DNA of 59,607 nt from Desulfocapsaceae bacterium (GTDB lineage: Bacteria; Desulfobacterota; Desulfobulbia; Desulfobulbales; Desulfocapsaceae), in contig JARLHL010000057.1 in NCBI GenBank assembly GCA_031292275.1, positions 1-59,607 of the forward strand, given 5' to 3'. The position numbers were made by a program, and so were the translations under genes. The first letter of the stretch is position 1. The number at the start of each line of letters is the position of its first letter. This document shows, piece by piece, positions 1 through 7,488 of the stretch. The notes under the pieces are model-generated. The model ran no database searches, was not told the origin of the DNA, and saw only the letters and a program-made list of their open reading frames with translations.

Positions 1-1
1 C

Positions 2-409
2 AAGCATCATTTCAAGGATCAGGCCAATATCTCGATAAAAACGGAGCTGCAGGCGAATCTTCCCCGGATCATGGGCGATGAGTCCCAGCTGAAGCAGGTG
101 ATTATCAACCTCTTCATCAATGCCCTGGATGCCACGGAAAAGGGCGGAGAGATCCGCATCGTCACCCGCTCGGCCCCCGGCAACCGGACCGAGCTCATCG
201 TCAAGGACTCGGGCTGCGGCATCCCCGTCGAGCTGCAGGACAAGATTTTCGAACCCTTCTATACCACCAAGTCGGTGGGACGGGGGATCGGTGTCGGTCT
301 GTCCACCTGCTATTCCATTGTCAGCAATCATCACGGAGAGATCACGGTCACCAGCAACAAGGGGAAGGGCGCGTCGTTTACGGTCTCGCTTCCCGGAATG
401 GAACTCTAA
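2..409 (+). CDS. Sensor histidine kinase, C-terminal fragment (HATPase_c); the 5' end lies outside the window
   Basis: The frame is open from nt 2. Translation ELQANLPRIMGDESQLKQVIINLFINALDA...DSGCGIP...GRGIGVGLS carries the N, G1 and G2 boxes of a histidine-kinase ATPase. The stop overlaps the start of the downstream response regulator (TAATGG). Confidence 0.85.
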   Translation, partial: KHHFKDQANISIKTELQANLPRIMGDESQLKQVIINLFINALDATEKGGEIRIVTRSAPGNRTELIVKDSGCGIPVELQDKIFEPFYTTKSVGRGIGVGLSTCYSIVSNHHGEITVTSNKGKGASFTVSLPGMEL

Positions 410-1746
410 TGGAAAAAGAGCGCTACACTATCCTGGTCATCGACGACGAGGAGCCCATCAGGAGGCTGCTGCAGAAAGAACTCGCCACCGACCTGAGGGA
501 GGTCCTGACCGCGGCCGATGCCGGCGCCGCCAGGGAGATGATCAGAAAGCACTGGTTCGATGTCATTATCATGGATCTGCGGCTTCCCGGCGTCCATGAC
601 CTGGATCTGCTGATCGAGATTAAAGACTCCCTCCCGCATATCGAGGTGGTGGTGATCACCGGCCACGGCGACATCGACAGCGCGGTGAAGGCGATGAAAC
701 TGGGTGCCTGCGACTTCATCGCCAAGCCCTTCAACCTGGACCGGATGGATTTGGTCGTGCAGAAGGCCCATCAGCGGGTACGTCTGTCCCGGGAAAACAC
801 CATCCTCCGGCACAGCAGCGGCCTGGATCAGGCGCCGGTGCAGTTCATAGGCAACTCCCAGGCCGTGCGGGATATCAAATTTCTGATCAACAAGGTCTCG
901 CCGGCCAGGATCCCGGTACTGATCACCGGAGAATCGGGGGCCGGCAAGGATGTCATCGCCCGGCTCATTCATCAGAACTCGGTCTGCAGCGCCAAGCCGA
1001 TGATCGTCAAAAACTGCGCCTCCCTGCAGAAGGATCTGGCCAGAAGCGAACTCTTCGGACACGTCAAAGGCTCGTTCACCGGGGCCACCGAATCCCGGGA
1101 GGGCCTGATGGCCTATGCCCATGAAAGCACGTTTTTCCTGGATGAAATCGGCGACCTGGCCCTGGGCATCCAGGCCTCGCTGCTGCGGGTCCTGGAGACC
1201 CAGACCTTCAGGAAAATCGGCGAGAAGGAGGAGCGCAAGGTCAATATCCGTTTTCTCTTTGCCACCAGCCGCAATCTGGCCGAAGAGGTGGAACAGGGAA
1301 ATTTCAATGAGGCCCTTTTCCACCGGATCAACGCCTTCAATATCCATATGCCCCCGCTGAAGGAACGCAAGGAGGACATCCCCCTGCTGGTGGATTTCTT
1401 CCTGGCCAGCCTCAGCCCCGACCGCATTGCCTACCAGGTCGTCGACAAGGCAATGGACTGCATCCTGCGCTACAGCTGGCCGGGCAATATCCGCGAACTG
1501 CGCAATGTCATGGAGCGCTCCATCATCCTGGCAGAGAATGCCATCATCACCGAACGCTGCCTTCCCCGGGAACTCCTCTCCGCCTCGGAGGACACGCATG
1601 CCCCGCTGACCCTGGAATCGGTGGAGCGGAGACATATCCTGAAGATATTGAATTTTTTTGACGGCAACCGGCAAAAGACAGCGGAAACCCTTGGAATCAG
1701 TAGAAAGACCCTCTATAGAAAACTTTCGCAATATTCTCTGGGCTGA
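409..1746 (+). CDS. Sigma54-dependent (NtrC-family) response regulator: REC + AAA+ sigma54-activator + Fis-type HTH
   Basis: N-terminal REC (ILVIDDE...IMDLRLPG), Walker A GESGAGKD, GSFTGA (GAFTGA variant), ESTFFLDEIGDL, C-terminal HTH (AETLGISRKTLYRKL). It overlaps the upstream kinase stop by 1 nt, so the two form a two-component operon. Confidence 0.95.
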   Translation: MEKERYTILVIDDEEPIRRLLQKELATDLREVLTAADAGAAREMIRKHWFDVIIMDLRLPGVHDLDLLIEIKDSLPHIEVVVITGHGDIDSAVKAMKLGACDFIAKPFNLDRMDLVVQKAHQRVRLSRENTILRHSSGLDQAPVQFIGNSQAVRDIKFLINKVSPARIPVLITGESGAGKDVIARLIHQNSVCSAKPMIVKNCASLQKDLARSELFGHVKGSFTGATESREGLMAYAHESTFFLDEIGDLALGIQASLLRVLETQTFRKIGEKEERKVNIRFLFATSRNLAEEVEQGNFNEALFHRINAFNIHMPPLKERKEDIPLLVDFFLASLSPDRIAYQVVDKAMDCILRYSWPGNIRELRNVMERSIILAENAIITERCLPRELLSASEDTHAPLTLESVERRHILKILNFFDGNRQKTAETLGISRKTLYRKLSQYSLG

Positions 1747-2021
1747 GCGTCGACCCGCCGGTCAGAGCAGAGGCCCCTTCCCTCTTGAAGCAGGCGGCAC
1801 TCCCCCGTATCCCCGTCCCAGTCCGGCACTTCCATCTGATACATTTCCTCTTGACGTGCCGGCTTTTTCCGTTTAACATATCAATGTATATTTATATGCT
1901 GTTTTATTTATACCGACAGGGAAATACGCCTGCGGGTGCCTGTCCGCAGGAAGCGACGAAGGCGAGGAACTTCCTTTTGACTTGGAAGGCATCAGCTCTG
2001 ACGCTTGCAGGGAGATTGTCT

Positions 2022-2423
2022 ATGGAGAAACTGCTCAGGGGAAAACTTGTACGAAAGGCCGATATCGCCGTGAAGAGCAGAAAGCCCGCTCCAGCTGCAG
2101 ATGAGAAGGAAACGGCATTGGCAGACAGGCAATGCCATCCGGTCGCCTTTCTGGCCAAAAGCCTGGCGGATGAGAACCGGCTTCGGATTATTCTTTGCGT
2201 CAGCAACGGCAAGACATCCGTATCGGGCATTGTTGAAGAGCTCGGTCTCTCCCAGCCTTTAGTTTCCCATCACCTGAAGGAACTGAAGCGTTCTCTCCTG
2301 GTCAAAATTGAACGCAGCGGCCCTTTTATCTATTATGAACTGGTCGACCCCCGAATCCTCGATGTCATTCGAACATTGAGCGCCGTGGCAACAGACCTGC
2401 TGACCGCAAGGGAAACCTTTTAA
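2022..2423 (+). CDS. ArsR/SmtB-family transcriptional regulator
   Basis: ADENRLRIILCV...VSGIVEELGLSQPLVSHHLKELKRSLLV is the ArsR-type wHTH signature. The ATG at 2022 is preceded by GGAG at a 7-nt spacing. The longer ORF-track start at 1785 runs through an AT-rich, non-coding-looking leader. Confidence 0.8.
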   Translation: MEKLLRGKLVRKADIAVKSRKPAPAADEKETALADRQCHPVAFLAKSLADENRLRIILCVSNGKTSVSGIVEELGLSQPLVSHHLKELKRSLLVKIERSGPFIYYELVDPRILDVIRTLSAVATDLLTARETF

Positions 2424-2445
2424 GGATGGGGAGGTGAACATCCAT

Positions 2446-2901
2446 ATGAATGCACTGCTGAAAATCATTGACGGCATGGACCCGCAAGAAGCGGTCGACG
2501 AAATGGCCGCGGCCCTGAAAGGGCTTTTCTCCAGCTTGGGCGAAGAGGCGCGCTCACGGTTTCTCTGGAACCTGATGGGGGAATCCGGAGGGGATAAGGT
2601 ATCGAGCCTTGTCCATCTCAGACTGGCCGAATGCATGGGCGAAGGTGTCGACCCGACGCAGATGTGCCAGAGGCTGGTAGATAAGGTCGCTCAGTCCAAA
2701 CAGCTGATGGCGATAACCGACCCGGACCTGCTGGTGCTGTTCGAAGACTGGTTCGAAGAGCTGAAAGAGGAGCTCAGTGTGCTTGTCAAGAGGCACGGGC
2801 CGCTTAATCCGCCTGAGCTTGCAGACAAGCTCGGACTCTCGGTGCGGGGGGCGAAGTTTCTCCTGTCGAAGTTCGAGCGTGAGCAAAAAAAGAGAATGTA
2901 A
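2446..2901 (+). CDS. Hypothetical acidic protein of the redox cluster; the C-terminus may form a small HTH
   Basis: ORF immediately downstream of arsR. GGGGAGG lies 11 nt upstream of ATG 2446; an alternative GTG start sits at 2434. No family was recognised from the sequence. Confidence 0.5.
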   Translation: MNALLKIIDGMDPQEAVDEMAAALKGLFSSLGEEARSRFLWNLMGESGGDKVSSLVHLRLAECMGEGVDPTQMCQRLVDKVAQSKQLMAITDPDLLVLFEDWFEELKEELSVLVKRHGPLNPPELADKLGLSVRGAKFLLSKFEREQKKRM

Positions 2902-2928
2902 ACGGTACCTTCTTCAAAGAGGTCTTTT

Positions 2929-3288
2929 ATGCGGAATATACAATCGGCCCTCGTGGCCCTTGCGGCAGTGCTGCTGACGGTTGGAAGCCTCTGGCTGACC
3001 CATCGCACACTCCCCCCGGTCCAGGCGACATGGAACGATGTTCTGGACGAGTGGGAAAAAGGCGGCTACAGAATCGTGACCACCGAGGAACTTGCCGATC
3101 GTTATCAAAAGGATGCCGGAGGCCTGATCCTGGTCGATACCCACCAGGAATGGGAATACCGGACCGGGCATCTCAAAGGCGCCGTGAATTTTCCGATGGA
3201 GCCGACCGCATGGTCGAGATGGTGCAAGGCACCGGCCCTCGGCGCCTTGCTGGGTCCCGACAAGGACCGCTCCATCGTCTTCTACTGA
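2929..3288 (+). CDS. Rhodanese-domain protein with an N-terminal signal anchor, as conventionally called. It ends at a UGA exactly where the catalytic Cys is expected; see the selenoprotein finding
   Basis: RBS AAAGAGG 7 nt upstream. Signal/TM segment MRNIQSALVALAAVLLTVGSLWL. The rhodanese motifs LILVDTHQEWEYRTGHLKGAVNFP...DKDRSIVFY are followed by TGA at the canonical IVxYC position. Confidence 0.6.
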   Translation: MRNIQSALVALAAVLLTVGSLWLTHRTLPPVQATWNDVLDEWEKGGYRIVTTEELADRYQKDAGGLILVDTHQEWEYRTGHLKGAVNFPMEPTAWSRWCKAPALGALLGPDKDRSIVFY

Positions 3289-3327
3289 GCGGGGCTCACA
3301 TGAGTCCGAAGCGACTCGGCGGCCCGT

Positions 3328-4701
3328 GTGGCCGTAAAACTCGGCTATAAAAATGTCTCTCGCGACCCCTACGGCTACCCGGAATGGCAGGGAAGAGGCC
3401 TGCCCGTCGAGAGTGCCCCCGCAGGACTGGCTGCACAGACGCAGGAAGGGCCCAAAGCGCCGGGACCGCTGTCCGGCTGGGCGATGATATGGACCCTTCT
3501 GGGAATATTTGCAGGCGGCATGGCCCTCAATCTCACCCCCTGCGTCTATCCGTTGATCCCCATCACAGTCTCCTACTTTGGCGGTCAGGCCACGAAGCAG
3601 GGAGAGGGACGGGGAAGGCTGCTGTTGCACGGTCAGTGCTATATGCTGGGTCTTGCCTTAACCAACTCGCTGCTGGGAGTGGCTGCGTCCCTGACCGGCG
3701 GGCTGATGGGGGGCTTGCTCCAGAACCCCCTGGTTCTTGCGGTCGTGGCCGCGGTCCTTATCTTCTTTGCCGCCAGCCTCTTCGGCTTGTGGGAGATGCG
3801 TCTGCCGAGTGGCCTGACCCAGGCCGCTGCAAAATCCTATACCGGTTACTTCGGCAGCCTCTTCATGGGGCTGACCCTCGGGGTGGTTGCGGCCCCCTGC
3901 ATTGGACCTTTTGTGCTGGGCCTCCTCACCTGGGTTGCAGGCATGGGCAGCCCCTGGCTCGGATTCGTTATCTTTTTTACCCTGAGCCTGGGCCTCGGCC
4001 TGCCGCTCTTCCTTCTTGCCATGTTCTCGGGACAACTGCAAAAGCTTCCCCGTTCAGGGGACTGGATGATCTGGGTGAGAAAACTGATGGGCTGGGTCCT
4101 GGTCGGCATGGCCGCTCATTTCATCCGGCCCCTTCTCCCCGGTTCGGGGGGAACCATCGTGGTTGCCCTGGTCGCCTTGTCCGCCGGGCTTCATCTGGGC
4201 TGGATTGACAGCAGTCGGGCAAACTTCCGAGCCTTTCCCTGGCTGAAGACAGGCGCCGGCACCGCCTGTCTTGTCCTGGCCGCCTTTCTCTTGACATCAC
4301 GGGCAATGCAGGGGCCGGGGGTTAGGTGGAGACCCTATACAGAGGAAACCCTGCAGAAGGCCTGGGACCAGAAAAAGCCTGTCATTATCGATTTCTATGC
4401 CACCTGGTGCACGCCGTGCCGGGAACTTGACGAAGTCACCTTTCATAATGCCGCGGTCGTCAGCCAGGCAGAGCGTGATTTTATCATGGTGAAAGTGGAT
4501 GTAACCAGGGCGGGCAACCCCCTGAACGAACGATTACTGCAGCAGTATGGAATCAAGGGCGTTCCGACCATCGTCTTTCTTGATACGAACGGGGAAGAAC
4601 GGCAGGACCTGCGTCTGGTGGATTATCTCCCCCCCGACCGGTTCCTGAAACAGATGGCCGGAGTCGGAAAGAGCAGGATAAACGACGGAAAGGCGCAATA
4701 A
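3328..4701 (+). CDS. CcdA/DsbD-type transmembrane thiol:disulfide transporter fused to a C-terminal thioredoxin domain. As called it starts inside the rhodanese C-terminal homology region; the real product is probably a rhodanese-CcdA-Trx fusion
   Basis: CcdA/DsbD beta-domain cysteines in TM segments (LNLTPCVYPLIP; AAPCIGPFV). C-terminal Trx with WCTPC (IIDFYATWCTPCREL). The first about 30 codons (VAVKLGYKNVSRDPYGYPEWQGRGLPVE) are a classic rhodanese C-terminus in the same frame as the upstream rhodanese ORF. Confidence 0.7.
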   Translation: MAVKLGYKNVSRDPYGYPEWQGRGLPVESAPAGLAAQTQEGPKAPGPLSGWAMIWTLLGIFAGGMALNLTPCVYPLIPITVSYFGGQATKQGEGRGRLLLHGQCYMLGLALTNSLLGVAASLTGGLMGGLLQNPLVLAVVAAVLIFFAASLFGLWEMRLPSGLTQAAAKSYTGYFGSLFMGLTLGVVAAPCIGPFVLGLLTWVAGMGSPWLGFVIFFTLSLGLGLPLFLLAMFSGQLQKLPRSGDWMIWVRKLMGWVLVGMAAHFIRPLLPGSGGTIVVALVALSAGLHLGWIDSSRANFRAFPWLKTGAGTACLVLAAFLLTSRAMQGPGVRWRPYTEETLQKAWDQKKPVIIDFYATWCTPCRELDEVTFHNAAVVSQAERDFIMVKVDVTRAGNPLNERLLQQYGIKGVPTIVFLDTNGEERQDLRLVDYLPPDRFLKQMAGVGKSRINDGKAQ

Positions 4702-4760
4702 GGAGTAAAGATATGGCGAAGGTGAGATTTTTCCTCAACTTGCCCAACGGCAGGCCATGA

Positions 4761-5033
4761 ATGAATTTTCAGGAGATGATGCCCAGGCTGGGCATGAAGT
4801 ATAAGGGTATCGAGATCGAGGTAATGGCAAAACCCGTTGCAAATTACCAGAATGATGACTATTTCGCCCTGGATCTTCCGGTGGCGCCGGCGATTATGGT
4901 CGGAGAGGAGATTGTGATCGAAGGCGCGAATATCAGCCAGGATAAGGTGGAAAAGGTCATCTGCCGGCACCTGGGGTTACCCGAGCCGGAACCTAAAAAG
5001 AGGGGGATATTGGACTGTCTTTTCGGGCAATGA
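4761..5033 (+). CDS. Small thioredoxin-fold protein, C-terminal half similar to redox-active disulfide protein 2; a possible N-terminal extension begins at ATG 4713 and reads through UGA 4758
   Basis: VAPAIMVGEEIVIEGANISQDKVEKVICRHL resembles the C-terminal beta-alpha of small Trx-fold proteins. AGGAG lies 7 nt upstream of the in-frame ATG at 4713, and the RBS is weak at 4761. Confidence 0.45.
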   Translation: MNFQEMMPRLGMKYKGIEIEVMAKPVANYQNDDYFALDLPVAPAIMVGEEIVIEGANISQDKVEKVICRHLGLPEPEPKKRGILDCLFGQ

Positions 5034-5195
5034 GACGAACGCAATCCTTGTAATCCGTTCAACGGTCGTATAAACCTGATCTCATGCAATGCAGCCTCCT
5101 GCCTCGATCGTGGTCTGCCGGGATAAAAGACGGTTGACGGGCGCCCGGAAAGAGGGGAGCCGCTGATCAAAAGAGGAATAACCCGAGGTGCCTTT

Positions 5196-5894
5196 ATGAA
5201 ATCAGAGACGGACCGCAAAGGGCCTGCAGTCAAAGCGGCCATCTTCATTGTCTTCCTTATCGCGGCAATCGTGCTTGTTCGCTTCACCCCGCTAAAGGAG
5301 TATTTGACCGCCGACAAATTGGGGAGTCTCCTGAAGGCTGCGGGACCGTGGACGCCTGCGGCCTACATCGGCCTCTATGCGGCAGGGGTCTGCCTCTTTC
5401 TGCCGGGAACTCTCCTGACTGCGGTTGGGGCGGCGGTCTTCGGCCCCTATTTCGGTTTTATCTATGTCTGGCTGGGGGCCATGCTCGGGGCAAGCCTCTC
5501 ATTCTTCATCGGCCGCTATCTGGGGAGGGACTTTGCCGCATCCCTAATCGGAGACCGGCTGAAGAAATACGATGAGGCCATCGGGCGAAACGGTTTTGCC
5601 ACGGTCCTGTACCTGCGCCTGGTCTACTTTCCGTTCACCCCGATGAACTTCGGCATGGGCCTGACTCGGGTGCGTTTTCGGGATTATTTTTCCGGGACGG
5701 CGCTCGGCATCATCGTCGGCACATTTATCTTCACATTCTTCATCGGCACGGTCAAAGAGGTCTGGTCGGACGGACATTGGGCAGGGCTGCTCTCCTGGAA
5801 GGTACTCTTCTCCTTGGGTCTCTTCATTTTTTCCTTCTTTATTCCCGCAATAGTCAAACGGATCAAGGCCGAACGAAAGGCAGAGACTGTTTAG
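5196..5894 (+). CDS. DedA/TVP38/TMEM64-family membrane protein
   Basis: Multiple TM segments plus the family core GxxxFGPYFGFIYVWLGAMLGASLSFFIGRYLGRDF and VYLRLVYFPFTPMNF. Confidence 0.85.
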   Translation: MKSETDRKGPAVKAAIFIVFLIAAIVLVRFTPLKEYLTADKLGSLLKAAGPWTPAAYIGLYAAGVCLFLPGTLLTAVGAAVFGPYFGFIYVWLGAMLGASLSFFIGRYLGRDFAASLIGDRLKKYDEAIGRNGFATVLYLRLVYFPFTPMNFGMGLTRVRFRDYFSGTALGIIVGTFIFTFFIGTVKEVWSDGHWAGLLSWKVLFSLGLFIFSFFIPAIVKRIKAERKAETV

Positions 5895-6104
5895 AGATTT
5901 TGTCCTTCAGGACGGTGCAATCACCAGAGTCGCCCCACTCGAACACAGTTTTGTATTTCTTTCTCATAAAATATTCAGTACAGGAGACAATACGGGATCC
6001 TTGCATTCTGCACGCCTCGTCCGTCCCGGTTTTTTTCTGTCTCTGCGCCTCCCTTTCAGAGTGGAGCGCGCCGTAATTTTTCGAAAAAAATGGAGGAATC
6101 CGAC

Positions 6105-6695
6105 ATGCCCGGCATTTTTGAAGTCTTGGCGGAACGCATCTCATCCGTTACATCCCGGCAGCGGTCTCTGATTTTCAAAATCCTCTCACTCATCGGCGGC
6201 GGGATGATTTTTCTGATGGTTTTTCCTTTTCTCTTAGGGGCCATCAGCAAGACCATACTCGGCGCAATACCGGAGGGAGCTCCCCTTTTTGTTCGATATA
6301 TAATCGGGATTCCCTGCATTGCAGTCGGGCTTGGCATTCTCATCTGGGCCGTCAAGGCATTCTGGTCATCAGGAGGAGGGACCCCTTCCCCGATTGCGGC
6401 TCCGCAGCTGCTGGTGACGACCGGACCATACAGATACTGCAGAAATCCCATACAGCTCGGAGCGATGATTCTGTATTTCGGCATGGGAGCGGTGGCAGAT
6501 TCAATCATCGCGGGGACGGGCATGTGCGGCCTGGCTCTGATCCTTGGCACTCTCTACCACTCTTGTATTGAAGAGAAAGAACTGCAGAGGCGATTTGGAG
6601 AGCAATACCTGCAGTACCGCAAAAGGACTCCCTTCCTCATCCCCCGATTCAACCTCCGTGCGGCGGATAAAGATTCAGCCTCGCCGCAGTGCTGA
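6105..6695 (+). CDS. Isoprenylcysteine carboxyl methyltransferase (ICMT)/phospholipid methyltransferase-family membrane protein
   Basis: TM-rich with the C-terminal motif TTGPYRYCRNPIQLG...EEKELQRRFGEQYLQYRKRTP (ICMT signature GxYxxxRHPxY...EE..L...FG..Y..Y). GGAGG lies 8 nt upstream of ATG 6105; an alternative start is at 6090. Confidence 0.7.
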   Translation: MPGIFEVLAERISSVTSRQRSLIFKILSLIGGGMIFLMVFPFLLGAISKTILGAIPEGAPLFVRYIIGIPCIAVGLGILIWAVKAFWSSGGGTPSPIAAPQLLVTTGPYRYCRNPIQLGAMILYFGMGAVADSIIAGTGMCGLALILGTLYHSCIEEKELQRRFGEQYLQYRKRTPFLIPRFNLRAADKDSASPQC

Positions 6696-6963
6696 GCAGA
6701 AGGCCCCTCTCGATTTTATTTCCTTACCGCTGGTTTTCTCTTTCATTTTCTCCGGCTTGATACCCCGCACAGAGGCATTCTTTTCTCAGTGGCCGGACAT
6801 TGTGGCCAGCATATCTTCCGGTGTCACTCGGTCCGAATCCTGAAATCATACAAATATGAGTAAATACGAAAATATTGTTGTCCTGCATCCATGAAATTTG
6901 CTAGAATCATCCCGTGAATCCTAACTCTTCATTGAAGATATTCAACACATAAAGGTCACTATA

Positions 6964-7488
6964 ATGACAAATAGAAAATACATCTTTTCATGGGACCTTA
7001 TCGGAGATATTGAACTCGGACGCCCTAACCTCGGACCCACTACACGCATTGAAGTATACCGGCTTTTGCAGTATGTCTTTCGGGATGTTCTTGAAAGGCA
7101 TTTCGGCACTGAAATGACCGATACCCTTTTTTTTGAGGCCGGCAAACAGGCAGGCACCGAATTCTTCAAGAAGTTCTGTTCAGAAGTATCCGATCTGAAT
7201 GAATTCGTCACCACCCTGCAGGACCTGCTCAGAGATCTCAGCATCGGTGTCATGCGCGTTGAGGCGGCAGATCTTGAACGCGGCTCCTTCGTTATCACTA
7301 TTTCTGAAGACCTGGATTGTTCAGGGCTGCCGGAACTTGACTACGAAACCTGTGTGTATGACGAGGGATTTATTGCCGGATTAATGGAAAGTTTTACGGG
7401 TAAGGAATTCAAAGTCAAGGAAATTGACTGCTGGTGTACTGGAGACCGGACCTGCCGGTTTACCGCGAACATGGTGGAGCAACGTTGA
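6964..7488 (+). CDS. V4R (4-vinyl reductase) domain protein
   Basis: SWDLIGDIELGRPNLGPTTRIEVYRLLQ is the typical V4R N-terminal signature. A Cys-rich C-terminus is present. The TGA stop overlaps a TTG in the kinase frame (TTGA). Confidence 0.7.
   Translation: MTNRKYIFSWDLIGDIELGRPNLGPTTRIEVYRLLQYVFRDVLERHFGTEMTDTLFFEAGKQAGTEFFKKFCSEVSDLNEFVTTLQDLLRDLSIGVMRVEAADLERGSFVITISEDLDCSGLPELDYETCVYDEGFIAGLMESFTGKEFKVKEIDCWCTGDRTCRFTANMVEQR

Noticed and set aside
120-599. 159-aa + strand ORF overlapping the kinase and regulator in another frame
   Set aside because: Arg/Pro/Ser-rich out-of-frame artefact of high GC; it overlaps two well-supported genes.
406-1731. 441-aa ORF on the minus strand, antisense to the sigma54 response regulator
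   Set aside because: No recognisable motifs; low-complexity, G/A/D-rich translation typical of antisense frames in high-GC DNA. The + strand product is unambiguous.
3286-3301. Possible SECIS hairpin between the two UGA codons (GCUCACAUGAGU)
   Set aside because: Stem too short and loop only 2-4 nt. The only plausible SECIS-like structures lie downstream of the second UGA, so the first UGA lacks a convincing element of its own.
2914-4208. Long alternative-frame ORFs (2914..3630 minus; 3030..3350 +; 3384..4208 +) across the rhodanese/DsbD region
   Set aside because: Compositionally biased (R/G/P-rich) with no domain signatures; the rhodanese-CcdA-Trx frame explains the region.
5035-5195. Possible riboswitch or structured leader upstream of the DedA-family gene
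   Set aside because: No recognisable riboswitch consensus and no convincing multi-stem structure by inspection.
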